A stretch of DNA of 63,791 bases, filler included, from Choristocarpus tenellus KU-1152 (lineage: Eukaryota; Protista; Phaeophyceae): the NCBI GenBank assembly GCA_964200185.2. It is 11 parts of 11 records of this genome, joined end to end, with 100 filler letters (N's around TTAATTAATTAA, not from the genome) between each part and the next. Parts side by side here need not be neighbours in the genome. Positions count along the whole stretch, not along the records: positions 34,728 to 39,555 come from CAXNAD020012916.1; positions 39,656 to 45,776 come from CAXNAD020008887.1; positions 45,877 to 51,386 come from CAXNAD020010565.1; 8 more parts are not named here. One strand, given 5' to 3'. The translations under genes and the position numbers were made by a program. The notes below the pieces were generated by a model, which searched no databases, was not told where the DNA came from, and saw nothing but the letters and a program-made list of their open reading frames with translations. Below, in pieces: positions 35,101-47,169 of this stretch; the stretch's first letter is position 1; every line of letters starts with the position of its first letter.

Positions 35101-38100
35101 CTGAGGACTAGAAAATTGCCAGGAGCCCATGGCATCCAGCGTACACCCACAAGGCCTGGAGTGCAATGAGGAAATCTGGCAACTTCAGTGTGTGAAGAGG
35201 GATCCCAGAGAACCACAATACCACATTTGTACGCCACCAGCAAGCATGGGCTGCCAAGTGTGTCAAACCTACCACAGGGGAGAGATTGAAAAAGGAAGGA
35301 CAAAGAAAGGGAGTGTTGATGTGTAGGGACTCCTCTTCCTTCTTTCCTCCACTCGCTAAGGCATCCAGGACCACCTGGTATATTATCCAGCGGAAAAACA
35401 GATACCTTATATCATTCTATACCAGGAATTAGTCCAACCCACAGTTGCAAAAGTAACCCCTATGTCTGTTCTGGACTTCTCATCAAGATCACCAAGCGTG
35501 ACTCATGCGGAATTTGACTGGTAGGGGAGATAGATTAATAGCAACATTTAGACCAGTCAGATACACAACATCTTTGTAATAAGCCAGTCGAATGAGAATA
35601 TCTTTGCAGTGAAGCCAAGAGGATGCATGTTCAATGCAGCATCTCCTACCTTCCCCCCTTTAAAGTTCAATAGCTCTATCATCCTAGCATTTGTCCCTCT
35701 GCCTGCTTGTTGGAGTCGGGGTTTTGTTGTCCCATAGTTGGCATAATGCCATCTCACTGTGTGGCACATATATTCATGACTTGCAATATTGTTGTTGGAT
35801 TATATTCAGTTACTGCCTACATATCAGTGGTAATAGTGACAATGAGTACTGCAAGGTTCTGTTCCAGTGAAGGCTTTAAAAACAGCTGCCAACTGGGTTA
35901 TTTTTATTTCATTCTATGCATTTTGTGGTGCAGCAATGATGATCAATGAGTATTGCGTTCAAACACTTTCCCCCCTCTTACTACGACCACTGTCAAAGTG
36001 CAAGGAACAGGTTCAGATGTGTTCGTGTCATGGAGAGTGTGAAGTGTGTTGCAGGTTCAGTAGCAAGAGAGAATCGTTGATCATAACTGTAGCAGTCACA
36101 GGCTCATGTACCACTTTGCACGCACAAGCAATTGCTACCACCATGCAATGCTCCCATGATGAATCCGTAAGTGCAACAACCAAAATTTAGTATCAAACAC
36201 CGAACCTAACTCAAAATAAGTAAACACTGAAGTACTTTGAAGCAGTGTAAGGAGTCCAACCTAGCTGGAAACAATCAAAAGCACTGTGTGCAACAATGAT
36301 CATATCCACATTTTAGTGCTTGAGGAATGGTAAGGGCATCATCTCTTGCCTGATATCAACAACCGCACTCTTTTCCTGGGGGAAAACCACCTTGCCCTTT
36401 GTTCCACGGGCATCGCAGAAGGAGATAGCCCCGTCCTTCCATCCCACAGCAAGTACTTCTTGGTTCAATGGACTCCATTGAATGCAGATGGCTGATGGTG
36501 GGCCTGTGCCTTTCCAATCCGATACCCTATGTAAGGTGATGAAAGGAGGCGAAACTCAAAATGGGATATTTGGCAGGGAGTGTGATTCAGCTAGTGGAGA
36601 CAGACATATTGCCCAGAGTATTTGTTGAAGTGTCTCAGGAAACAATCCATTCCGATTTGAAGCCATTGTTTGCGTATTTCCCACTTCAACTTTTTCATGC
36701 ACAATACTTGCAGAAGCACTATAAAATATGGTACTCCACTACCCCTTGAGTGTATCATTACTGGATTGTCAGGGTGCTGACTAGTAGTTGACAGTGGTTG
36801 GTATGTTGTCAGCTGACAAATCCCTGGCCACTTACAGTGTACACACCAAAAAAACTTAGCATTTTGAGGCAGGTATTGCACATTGATTCTACAGCATGTG
36901 TCAATTTCTTCCAAGTGTGGATATAAATGGGCATTGTGTACTGGTGAAAGGGGATCCCCCCTCTTGTTCTCCCAGTAACTCATGTTACATAGTACATTTT
37001 ACGTATACGCAGTGTACAAGAGCTGTACAAAGGTGTGATGCTTCACCTCGGTATCACCCATCAGCAGCATACTTAATTTTAATGAACACTGACGTGGACT
37101 CACTGGACCAGGATTTTCAGAGCAGGGGGAAGAGGGTTAAAGCACTACCTCATTGGCATATGCGTTATTTATCCACAATGGCAAGAGGGTGCATGAACAG
37201 AAAACATCACTGAGAATCCTCTTGCCAAACTTTTCTTTCCTTCACCCTCTGTGTGTGTAAGTGTTTTGACTATTGTGGGTACACTGTCTACAACCGTGTG
37301 ATTGGAACAATTCGACCTTTACCTCTCTGTCAAAGCAAATGTACTATTTAATCATGGTCAGAAGTGAGTACTATTTCAAAAAAATCCTCACCCACACACG
37401 CGCCAAACCACACACAAGGATTCCTAAGGCGGATAACAGTATTGTCTATTGGTCTTGGAAGGAAATTTCAACACTAATTGGGAATATACATCAGCATGCC
37501 ACAAAAGTCTCCAAATATCTCTATTGCCTACCCTGGAGCAAAAAAATGAGCTATAACAAAAGTCAATACATATAAACAGAGGAGACTTATTGACCAACAT
37601 CTCATGTGCTGGAGATGTTGCCCTAGTGTATATTTTCTGAAGCTTTTCTGCAGGTCTGTGGCAGGGAAGTACTTTGACTTAGTTGTTGAGCACAACTCAA
37701 AGTGCATGTGTGGATCGAGTTATACCAACTTTGAGAGATTGAAGTTCTAGGTCGGAAAGTAACAAGTAGGGCCAAGAGAAGCAGGGATGTATGTAAGTCT
37801 CCAGCATGAGGCAGGCCGTCGATTTTCCCACAAAACTAGAGATTGGTGTCAACAAGTATAGGGAAGACAACGGTTCATTATGGCAGTATGAGGTTAATTG
37901 CTGATGGTATAAGCTAATCATAACGTACCAGTCAATACCTTCATTCATGATCATACTGTATCGCCAACTATATTGTAACCTTTGTTACATCCCTAGATTG
38001 GAAAAAAAATAGATATATGCTGCAATGAGCCAATAGGATCCATTCATTCTGGAATACGTTTATTATTACTGTTCTACTTATTCTTTTTGCAAAGATTATT

Positions 38101-38451
38101 GTCAATGTGTCTTCTTAATATCACTCATAAATTGGAGAAAAAAAAAAATGTACAGTTGCTTGCTGGTAGGTGTATATGCGTGTGTGGCTTTGTCAAGGTA
38201 GAGTGTCACTGATATCTTCTCCTCTTCAGGAAGTATGCACCTACCTGCGTTCATAGCCCTTCTTCACACCCATCTCTGTATTGTCTACGTTGAAGATATG
38301 CACGGCATGGTCTGTAGACTTTCCAACATAAGCGATTATTGAGTCGTTCCCTATCATGTCCCACGCTGCACATGCTGGTGCCTGATGGAACTTGATCTCA
38401 GAAACTTTCTCCTCTGTCACAACATCCCACACTGTCCCGAGCCCATCGACA
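35101..38451 (-). CDS. WDR17: WD40-repeat protein, WDR17-like; internal fragment
   Basis: Exons 38451-38245, 36526-36350 (GC donor) and 35268-35101, all phase 2. Peptides IQWSPLNQEVLAVGWKDGAISFCD, VVDIRFDTLGSPCLLVAY and VRWMPWAPGNF parallel the WDR17 WDPLSxDYLLV...WVPSAPGMF segment as recalled. Confidence 0.75.
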
Positions 38452-41115
38452 CTGCCATAACATGTGGACCGCAGAAGGCATGCAACATGGGAATCGTTTG
38501 CAACCATGATGAGAAACATGAGGGTGGAGCAGGAGGGGGGATGGTGAAATATTAAGGAGCACTTAGTAGTCGAGAAAATCATGTACAGCTAACTTGTGTG
38601 TTCTTGCTTCTGAGCTACTCTGGATGTGCATATGTTGGATGCACTGAACTCACATCTCCAGTCACAGAACATTGTACCACATGGCTTTTTTCTTTCTTCT
38701 TCTTTTTCTCTGCAGGCAGGAATGGCACATACTTTCCAGCTCTAGCATATCATCATCTGTCACTTCAAGGTTCTAAACTGCTGTTATATCATAGGGGTGA
38801 GGAGAGCAAACAGCTGTTTTTGTACCCTCTCCAAGAATATCTTGACTCTGATGTTATGCTCACTGGACTACAGCAGCATCCTGCAAGTTGGTCACATGAG
38901 AGCAATCTGCACCCAACATGAATCATGCGTAAAAGAAACTTGTGTTAAAGAGAACGTCCTGAACCACAACAATACCGAGCAATAGTAATGTTAGTACTTG
39001 GGACATGGGTTTGAGGAAGCAAAGAGACGGTTTGTGCTGCTCCAAATCATATGCCTCCCACCAGGACCATGAAGAAATTCCTAAATCAATTGCTCAACCT
39101 GGAAATAGTGATGAAATTTGGGGTCAAGAAGTACACCCATTGCAAGACATTGTTGTACAGAAAATAGGCAAGGAGGGAAGTTGATGGTGCTCTAATAATC
39201 ACACCTTTTTGTAATGTAAATGGAAGAGTTTTTGCGGTCATAGTAGACTATGTAGTCATCTACCTTATGGGTATCGTTTTCGTTGACAAACTTGTTCGAA
39301 TTCTGAGCAGTTAAGAATCCTCACGATATCGTATCTGGCTTGTACACATGCTAAGATCGTGATAGTCTCTACTACCAATCACCAACGACGAGTAGCAATA
39401 TGCAGGATACATGTACTAGCACAAGATTTAAACATCCTTGTTAGCACGGTTATGCAGTCGTGGCTCAATGTATCTGGGGGGAGGTGCCGGCTGTCCATTT
39501 GGGCGTAATTTTTTCATGTCGCAATTTTTGGGTGATTTGGTCGCATACGTCGGATNNNNNNNNNNNNNNNNNNNNNNNNNNNNNNNNNNNNNNNNNNNNT
39601 TAATTAATTAANNNNNNNNNNNNNNNNNNNNNNNNNNNNNNNNNNNNNNNNNNNNTCATTAAAAAAAAACATATTGACACTTTATCCCAGTCAATTTTGG
39701 GTCAAGCCCATCCTCAATTTTTGAAATCGGCTGTTATAGGAGGACCTTCTATAAATTGACAAAGTGTAACGCCTCATTAAGGTGTACAGAGGGGAAAAAC
39801 AACCACATATTTCTGGGAGACCCTTGACACCAATTAGAACTTATGATAGCTTGTGCATGTCCAATACTCATGTCATGAAACAACACCAGCCTGACAAAAA
39901 AGCTACACCAAGACCCAGAGGAATATGCCATCACTCTGCAGATTCTGGTTAACACCTTTCAAATAGGTACATCAACCATTTCCCTGTATTAAAATAGAAG
40001 TAACTGACACAAAAAACAGAACTTTCAAGGCACACATAATCAACATGCTCTTTCCCATCCTCCAATCAGATTGACCCAAACTAGCACCAAGAACAGAAAA
40101 TTACTTGAAGATTGCAATCTCCTGTTGCATCCATCTACACACTACTTCTATATAGGTGTTGTAACAACATTTTTATGAGGCAGGCAGTGGGCCCATCCTG
40201 CCCTACCCATCCACTGAAAAACTCAACAAAAACGAAGCATGACATCTACGGTAAGACCCCCCCAAAACTCAAGATGATGGTGCTCAGTTCAGGCGCTTCA
40301 TTAGGTGGATACCTTTACGCTTCCATGAACTTTGAACCTCAAAACCCAATATTTTATGCATTGTTTGCTTTCCACAAGGATTGCAGGTCTCACTCAATTT
40401 TACACAACACAAAAAACAAACTTCACAAGTTGGATGCACATCAATTACAAAAATCAAAACAAACCATTCTACCCCACAACCATGGTTACCCATCTACACC
40501 CCAGAAACCCCATCTAATTAAACGCAGTCGGTACAAGGATGTAGCTATACATGTGACAAGGGCATCTAATATGCAGTATCAAAAGGAGCCACCACTACTT
40601 TACCATACATCAATACCGCTGACCATGCATCTCAATCAGGGCTTTCACAGCAAAAAGGCGTGTCCACAGCACATACATGGTCCTGTTAACTGTACACAAT
40701 GCAAAACGACAATGAACCGCAAAATTCATTCTCATCATGAGAATCTAGAGCAGTTAACGTCTACAGTGGCACTTGCGAGTGTTCTACTGTAGACTTTGAA
40801 AACTGTGACACACCCTTCTTTCTAGCACTAGAGACAGAAAATACACGACAAACCTGTGCCTTTCAAAAGAGCATTCACGCACAAGGGTTTCCCTCATTGC
40901 TTGCACAAAATAATGCCCCCAAACAACAGCATGACCCAAGGAAAGATTCACCGCAACATGCACAACAGTGGAGTCTGACAGATGGATGTTCACAATGGCA
41001 AGTTAGTGCTCCTGTCCTCTTTTAGTCCTTCCTTAATGAAGGGTCACACAATCTACAGTAATTGTGCGTTGGCCTTGGGAGATCAGGGAGCATTAATCCT
41101 CCATCTCGATTCAGT

Positions 41116-43157
41116 TCAGAACTTGAGGGTCATCATGTAGCGAATTCGTTGTTGACTCTCCTGATAAACCTGAAAGCATGCAAGCACGTCCATATGCCCA
41201 TCACATCATGTTTGTAACAATGAAAAAGATATTACAAGTGCTGCTAAAGAGAATAGAGGGGGTGTCCCCTTGGCGCTTTCCAACTCAAGAAAGGGGCAAA
41301 CACTCTCACTATATGTGGCAACACAATTGTCTTACACTTGCATGGGCCAGTAAAATGAGGTATGCTGGCAGGCTCTCTTTGTGTGAAAGGGAAACGCACA
41401 CCCCACATGTGTGTGTGTGTGTGTTTGTGTGTGAGTGGTGATGTTCTCGAGTTGGAAGAGATGAGTGCATGGTGAGTAATTTCGCGTTAAACTCAATAAA
41501 GTGAACCACCAGAAATGGAGGTGTGAACTGGAGGAATTCAGCCGGTGCTCAGGGCTGCATGATTGACAAGCCGTTGCTTCAATTCTACACTCACCAGGTA
41601 TTCTGAATTGTAGAATGAAGAATCTGCAAACTCCTTAACTTTGTTGGGCTTGCCCTGGGGAACTGTTACATTCTTGCCATCAAGAGTCAACACTGTGTCC
41701 ATCTTTGGATTGGGTTCCTGCTGCCCCCTAGCCACAACAGAATTAAAACCCTAGAGACATGCAAGATTGAGGGTTAGGGTTGGGTGGGTGTTTAGTTCAA
41801 ACCTAAACCCGGATTGTGGAGGCAGAGGGCAAAGAGGGGAAAGGAGAAGTAAATCCATCGGTGACCAAATTCTGTTTGCAGATCAAGGGATTGTCCAGAG
41901 TGATAGGGCAGGGGCAGGAGTGGGAGAGGTTGTAAAATGATCAATCAATCAAGTTCTAATGGAGATAAAGAAACCTTCTGGATAATAGGGGGTGCAATTG
42001 CGATTAAGGAATGAGAAGGATCAAGTAATCATCCTCACTAACAGGGGGAGGGGAGGAAGAGGGGAGAGGGGGTTGGAGTGGCACCCAAGTTCCAATTGAG
42101 ACAAAGGAACCATCCACACTGATACGGGGGAGAAGGAGGTAATGCGACTGCAATGATAACTAAGTTCTGCAAGAGATTAAAAGAATAATCCAGAATGATT
42201 ACATGTGACCCTTTTGCTTCTATGTCAGATGTTTCGCTCCATCATACCTCCAGGCTTCCTCACTCAACAGCAACAAAAAAAAATACTGGATTTATGTTCC
42301 GTTTCCACTCTCTTCAACAGTATGAGTCAGCCGTTGCACCCAATGGCACAATTCTCCTTTGCCTAGCCCAAACTGACGTTCTCCTCTCTTGCTCCATTTT
42401 TCACTCATCAGGACATTGACTGAGACTATGGAAACGGAAAATGAAATAAACATGATGACCTTCAGGTTCCTTTGCTGCCAATGAGCGTTTTCATAGCCCA
42501 CTTTGCAGAAATAATATTTACTCTCTGAATCTGGGATTCCCTGTGACAGACGCACTGTTAGTCCCTACCTCCTCAGCCCGCGATGATGCTAACATCACTT
42601 TCTTTTTTCGAGATATTTGGTGTACATGATAGAATTGACTACCTTCAGAGTCGGCATGGCAAGTCACAATCCTAAGAGTCTTCCCCATCTCAACAAACTT
42701 CTTGAAGCAAAAACAACATTACTGCTACTCTTCCACTGACAAGACACCCCATAATGGCACTTTGAAACCACAAGCAATTTACTCAGTCCTCAACAATCCT
42801 TGTCCACCATGCGACACACTGACCCAACACACCTTGGGAGCCTTAGTAAGGCGAGAGTTGTCAGCAGTAATGGTGGCCTCCTTCCCCAGCGCAGCCTCAC
42901 ACAAGAACATGATACCAACGTTATCATACTTCCCATAGTTCCCGTATGCAGGGCATACATACCCTTGACTGAGACCAGGAGGAGACAGGGGTGGGGTGGG
43001 TATTCAAGGTCACACGCATATTTGCACGTATATACGGTACCTCTACACATATGTGTGTGTCCTATATAGTACAGTGCACATCTGTGTGTCTGCATCCACA
43101 TGTATTATTTTGTGCTTTCCAAGGCCCAAGCATATTTCTGTCTGCATCCATTTGTGT

Positions 43158-43193
<36 letters not shown>

Positions 43194-44919
43194 CCTTGTT
43201 GTGTGTGACCACTGCAGTACCATTGCGTTCAAAAAGAGCCTTCATCAAAAACATCTTTCACATCACCAAAGTTATTTCCCTCCTCTCTCTTGCTGTGCCT
43301 GACCATCGGAACCTGAATTCAGAACCACAATACTCAGTGTGTGTCACAAAAACAACACAACACTCAATCTGTTAACACGTCATAGATCCGATGCAACCAC
43401 ACACCTACATCATCACCACATTTAGATTGATTGTCCCACGACAAACCCTCCCCTCCCATTACAATATTCTCTATCACAGTGCAAACCCAATTGCCCCTCT
43501 CACTTCAAGTCGACTTCTGGCTAATACTCCCGAGACTGGAAATTTGAGGTCCAATCTTAAAAGATCTAAAAGTAAACCTTGCGAAAAAAATAGTGCAACT
43601 CAAGTACGTCCCCCCTCGTCACCTTTTTTCATTCTCAGAAGCAAGATAAATGCCTTTCCCAACCCTCCCGCCAGAATGGGGCATGATTCGGAGTCCACTC
43701 TTCACAATGGCCGCCACAACAGCCACTGACACAGCAATCAATCACACACCGATTCAGAGGCAGCAGCTAACTTTAGACCCTTCCTCGTGACAATCAGACT
43801 TGGAGGGATGGAATCAACCAGAACCAGCAAGAGAGTAATTTCAAGTTTGGGGCTTTCGGCATTGATAGGACCGTTGCCATACGACCAATTGTTTGTGTTA
43901 GTCTAAAAATGAGGGTACGTGATGCAACAGTTTGTATCCTCAAGGGTGGGCAAGGGTGCGGAGAGCTACATGTCCACCTCAATGGACAGGACACCCATGC
44001 AAAAGCAAAGTGAAGGCGTTTTGCATACTTGGAGCATCGACTCTAAAAAGGTGCTACAGGATGCTACATATCATACTTATCATACGAGAGGTAAAGCACC
44101 AATTCGCCACAGTCTGCCAGCTGTGTGCGTTCCTACCATTTATATCAACACCATTCGCAACATTGGCAATATCTACCAATCAAACATTCATACAGGGTTG
44201 ATCACTGAGCATCCCAACTATTGCACGTACTACTACTATCCGTCAGGAAACAAGTTCAATCACTGACCACGTTGACGATCAATCTCTTCGTGTATAGTCT
44301 GTCTACCTATTCAGGTGCAGCACTTACGTCAACATCATATACACTGGGCAGACCTTCGGTTGGTGGGCATTGAAAAGGTCCTACCTGGTCTACATTTCAA
44401 GAGGAATCCAAACACCACCTCACAAACTCATTCATTTTTGTTGTGGGAGCAGTTGTTCATACCAAGCACCCGCTACAGGTTAACATGTAAGCCTTTTGGT
44501 TGAAAGCAACCCAACGACTCTGTTAAGATTTTTCTATCAATGGTGTTGATAGAGCTCCACGATAGTACTGGGTTGAGCAACACTACAGATAACATCCCTA
44601 TGCTCATCCTATAGACCCACGACGATCAACATCAAACTGCACTGAACAAAAAAGTGAAGTGCACTTTTTGAACGATTACTGTTGCATTCAATCACAACTG
44701 ATTTTAACAATCCGTACAACATGGTCAGGGAACACTCAGTCTCAGCAATGATACAAGTCCAAGAGTGTTGCGTACTCACCGTTAGTCCCATGCCAGAGTA
44801 GACGCCTATTTGTGATGGAATCATGGGCCGAGAATCGCTCAGCCTCCCCATGCCTATCCACTGACCACAAGTCATAGAGCTTCAGTTTCCTCGAGCCCTG
44901 CGTGTTATCCAGGTAGCAC
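41116..44919 (-). CDS. PARP3: PARP catalytic domain, PARP3-like; 3' end of gene
   Basis: Exons 44919-44780, 43725-43623, 42968-42833, 41750-41595, 41169-41116 (TGA). Spliced product: RRLLWHGTNVAVVAAIVKSGLRIMPHSGGRVGKGIYLASENEKSQGY...GIMFLCEAALGKE...VTVPQGKP...SSFYNSEYLVYQESQQRIRYMMTLKF*. The H-Y-E triad is intact. Confidence 0.93.
43153..43192. repeat. (GT)n microsatellite
   Basis: Direct inspection; lies in a PARP intron. Confidence 0.9.
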
Positions 44920-45535
44920 CTTACCAGAGTGAATGCAAAGAGGGTCATGGGGCAGTGGGTAAGCCCTCTGATTGTTTCTAAGTAGTAGTGAAGAGTTGCA
45001 GTAGCGAGAGAAGTAGGAAAGGGTTGGCATTACAATAATCCCGAGAAATGGAAAAGACCCACTATTCTGTACTGCTGCAGAAAGAGCCTACTGTTGCCGA
45101 ATCGTAGTGCCACTGTGTGTTTGGAAAGGGTGAACACTAATTTTGTGTACACTTTTGTGTCACGCAAGGCGACGAGATAAGGTGTACAGCATACATTGCC
45201 ACACTAAGTATATGCGCATGTGTGCGTATACGTGTACATAAGACGCCTTTCCTCAACTTACGTACTCCTTGTATGCACACTGCCCAAGTATATTCCTACT
45301 ACAGGTAGGTGTATGGTATGGGCTGAAACGTCACATGCTTTCCACCCTCCTCTCCCCCACCTCCAATTCATGCACGCACGCCTCAACTCGCTACAAACTC
45401 CCCCAGTTTTAAAGTACAAATGATCCTCCTGCTCACGAGGGCTACAGCGAGCAGAGCAGCATGATCTTTTGATCAACGAGAACACTACACAATCTTCCAC
45501 CAACAAGTGACGGGTGGAAGCAGGTGCATACCCAT

Positions 45536-45776
45536 GAGCCAAAGTATCTTAGAGGGTAGAGCCGCGTCCATTTGGGAGTCAAAATCCAGTATTGTGATTT
45601 TGATGTAAATTTTGGCTATCGGGTTTGTTAGGGAGTGTCAATATCTATTTTTTGGATACACCTTTTCATAACGTATACATTTTACCTACTCGAAAACATT
45701 TTGGAGTAGGAAAATGTCATTAAAAAACCCATGGGAAGCCAAGTCCCAAATGGACAAACAGGGCAAAACTCGTACC
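45536..45776 (+). mobile_element. MITE B, near-complete, cut by contig end
   Basis: GAGCCAAAGTATCTTAGAGGGTAGAGCCGCGTCCATTTGGG... Confidence 0.93.
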
Positions 45777-45905
45777 NNNNNNNNNNNNNNNNNNNNNNNN
45801 NNNNNNNNNNNNNNNNNNNNTTAATTAATTAANNNNNNNNNNNNNNNNNNNNNNNNNNNNNNNNNNNNNNNNNNNNGGGGGGGGGTTAATAACGTGATGT
45901 CGAAT

Positions 45906-46089
45906 GGCTTGAAGTATCTGAGGGGGGGGAATCTACACCAGGGTGTCCATTTGGGCCCTGACCAGGGGAAGGAATTTAAATTATCCATGCGATGCATGCA
46001 ACCAAATCACACAAAAATCGTGACATGGAAGAATGGGCTCCAATTGGACAGCCGCCGCTGCCACCCCACCCCCCCAGATACTTTGAGCC
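45906..46089 (+). mobile_element. MITE family A full copy
   Basis: GGCTTGAAGTATCTG...CAGATACTTTGAGCC, flanks AAT / AAT. Confidence 0.88.
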
Positions 46090-47169
46090 AATTTAAAGAT
46101 ATTATATTGGTGGAACGGCGGTGTTTAGTGTGCGTTTGTGAAATAATCTTTTTTTGTTTGGTTCAGTTGCGAAATTGCTTTGAGTAAAGACGTGTTGTTT
46201 TTGAGAAGGGAAGTGGGGGCTTGTGTGGTCTGCTTTCAGCTTGTGGAGGTGGGTGAGGAAGATGTGATTATGCTTGCTCCCTTGTATATTTTGGAGCTCA
46301 TGTGTGTTGAAGTACTGGCAGGCCCATTATTTGGTGTGTATTTATTGTATTTCCATTGGAAACATAAGTTTGTGTGAATTTTCCTATTGCTGTGCAGTAG
46401 GGTGTTCTATTATATGGTGGCGTGGTAGTTAAATAAATAAGACGTTTTTGCAGACATTTCAGTGATGCCTATCGTGTAAAATTTGAACTTTTTTTGTTGT
46501 AGAAAATTCGGTGTCGTTAGGGTCCTTGGGCTAGGAAGTTTTCATAATCCCTCTTGGTATTGTTTTGTACTTCCTCTCCGCATCATCAGTTTGAATAGTT
46601 TGCAGGAAGAGGTTTATAAATGAACAAAAAAAAGGTGTCAGTTTTTTTTTTGTGGTTCTTTTTGAGAAAATCCTCCTTGAGCTTACCTTTAAAATCTAAG
46701 CGATATCTGCCTGTTCTACACCGCCTCTTGCGAAGCCTCAAGAAAAGCCTTCCCAAGGCGGTGAAAAAAACTGCCCTGTATACTGTTCCAACCGAAGCTG
46801 TTCAGAGGACATGCAAAAATCGCGTTGGGTGGATTTGTTTTGTTCTTTGTCATTGTTTTGTCATAGGTCAGATTCAAGGGCCTTTTGTCGCTTCTAGAGT
46901 CCCTGATGAGTTGTTTCTACGCAAGGAATGTCCTCCCCCCCGCCCCCACGTCGTTGTCTTTTCTGAGATGTATTTGGTAATGTTCTTGATGGCAATTGAG
47001 TGCTGACGGTTCTTATCATTGTCCGTCCCTCGCCCTCTCCCCCCTTCCCCTGATTGTGCATTTTCTTTTTATTTGGAACTTCAAAAAAAGAAGGTATTAA
47101 CCTCTCTTCTCTCGCTCCCTTCCGTTTCTCTTCCGTTTCTCTTCCCTTCCGATTTTATGACTCCGTCAG

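Noticed and set aside
40112-40792. 226-aa ORF
   Set aside because: Antisense to the region downstream of the PARP stop, with no motif and composition typical of non-coding DNA.
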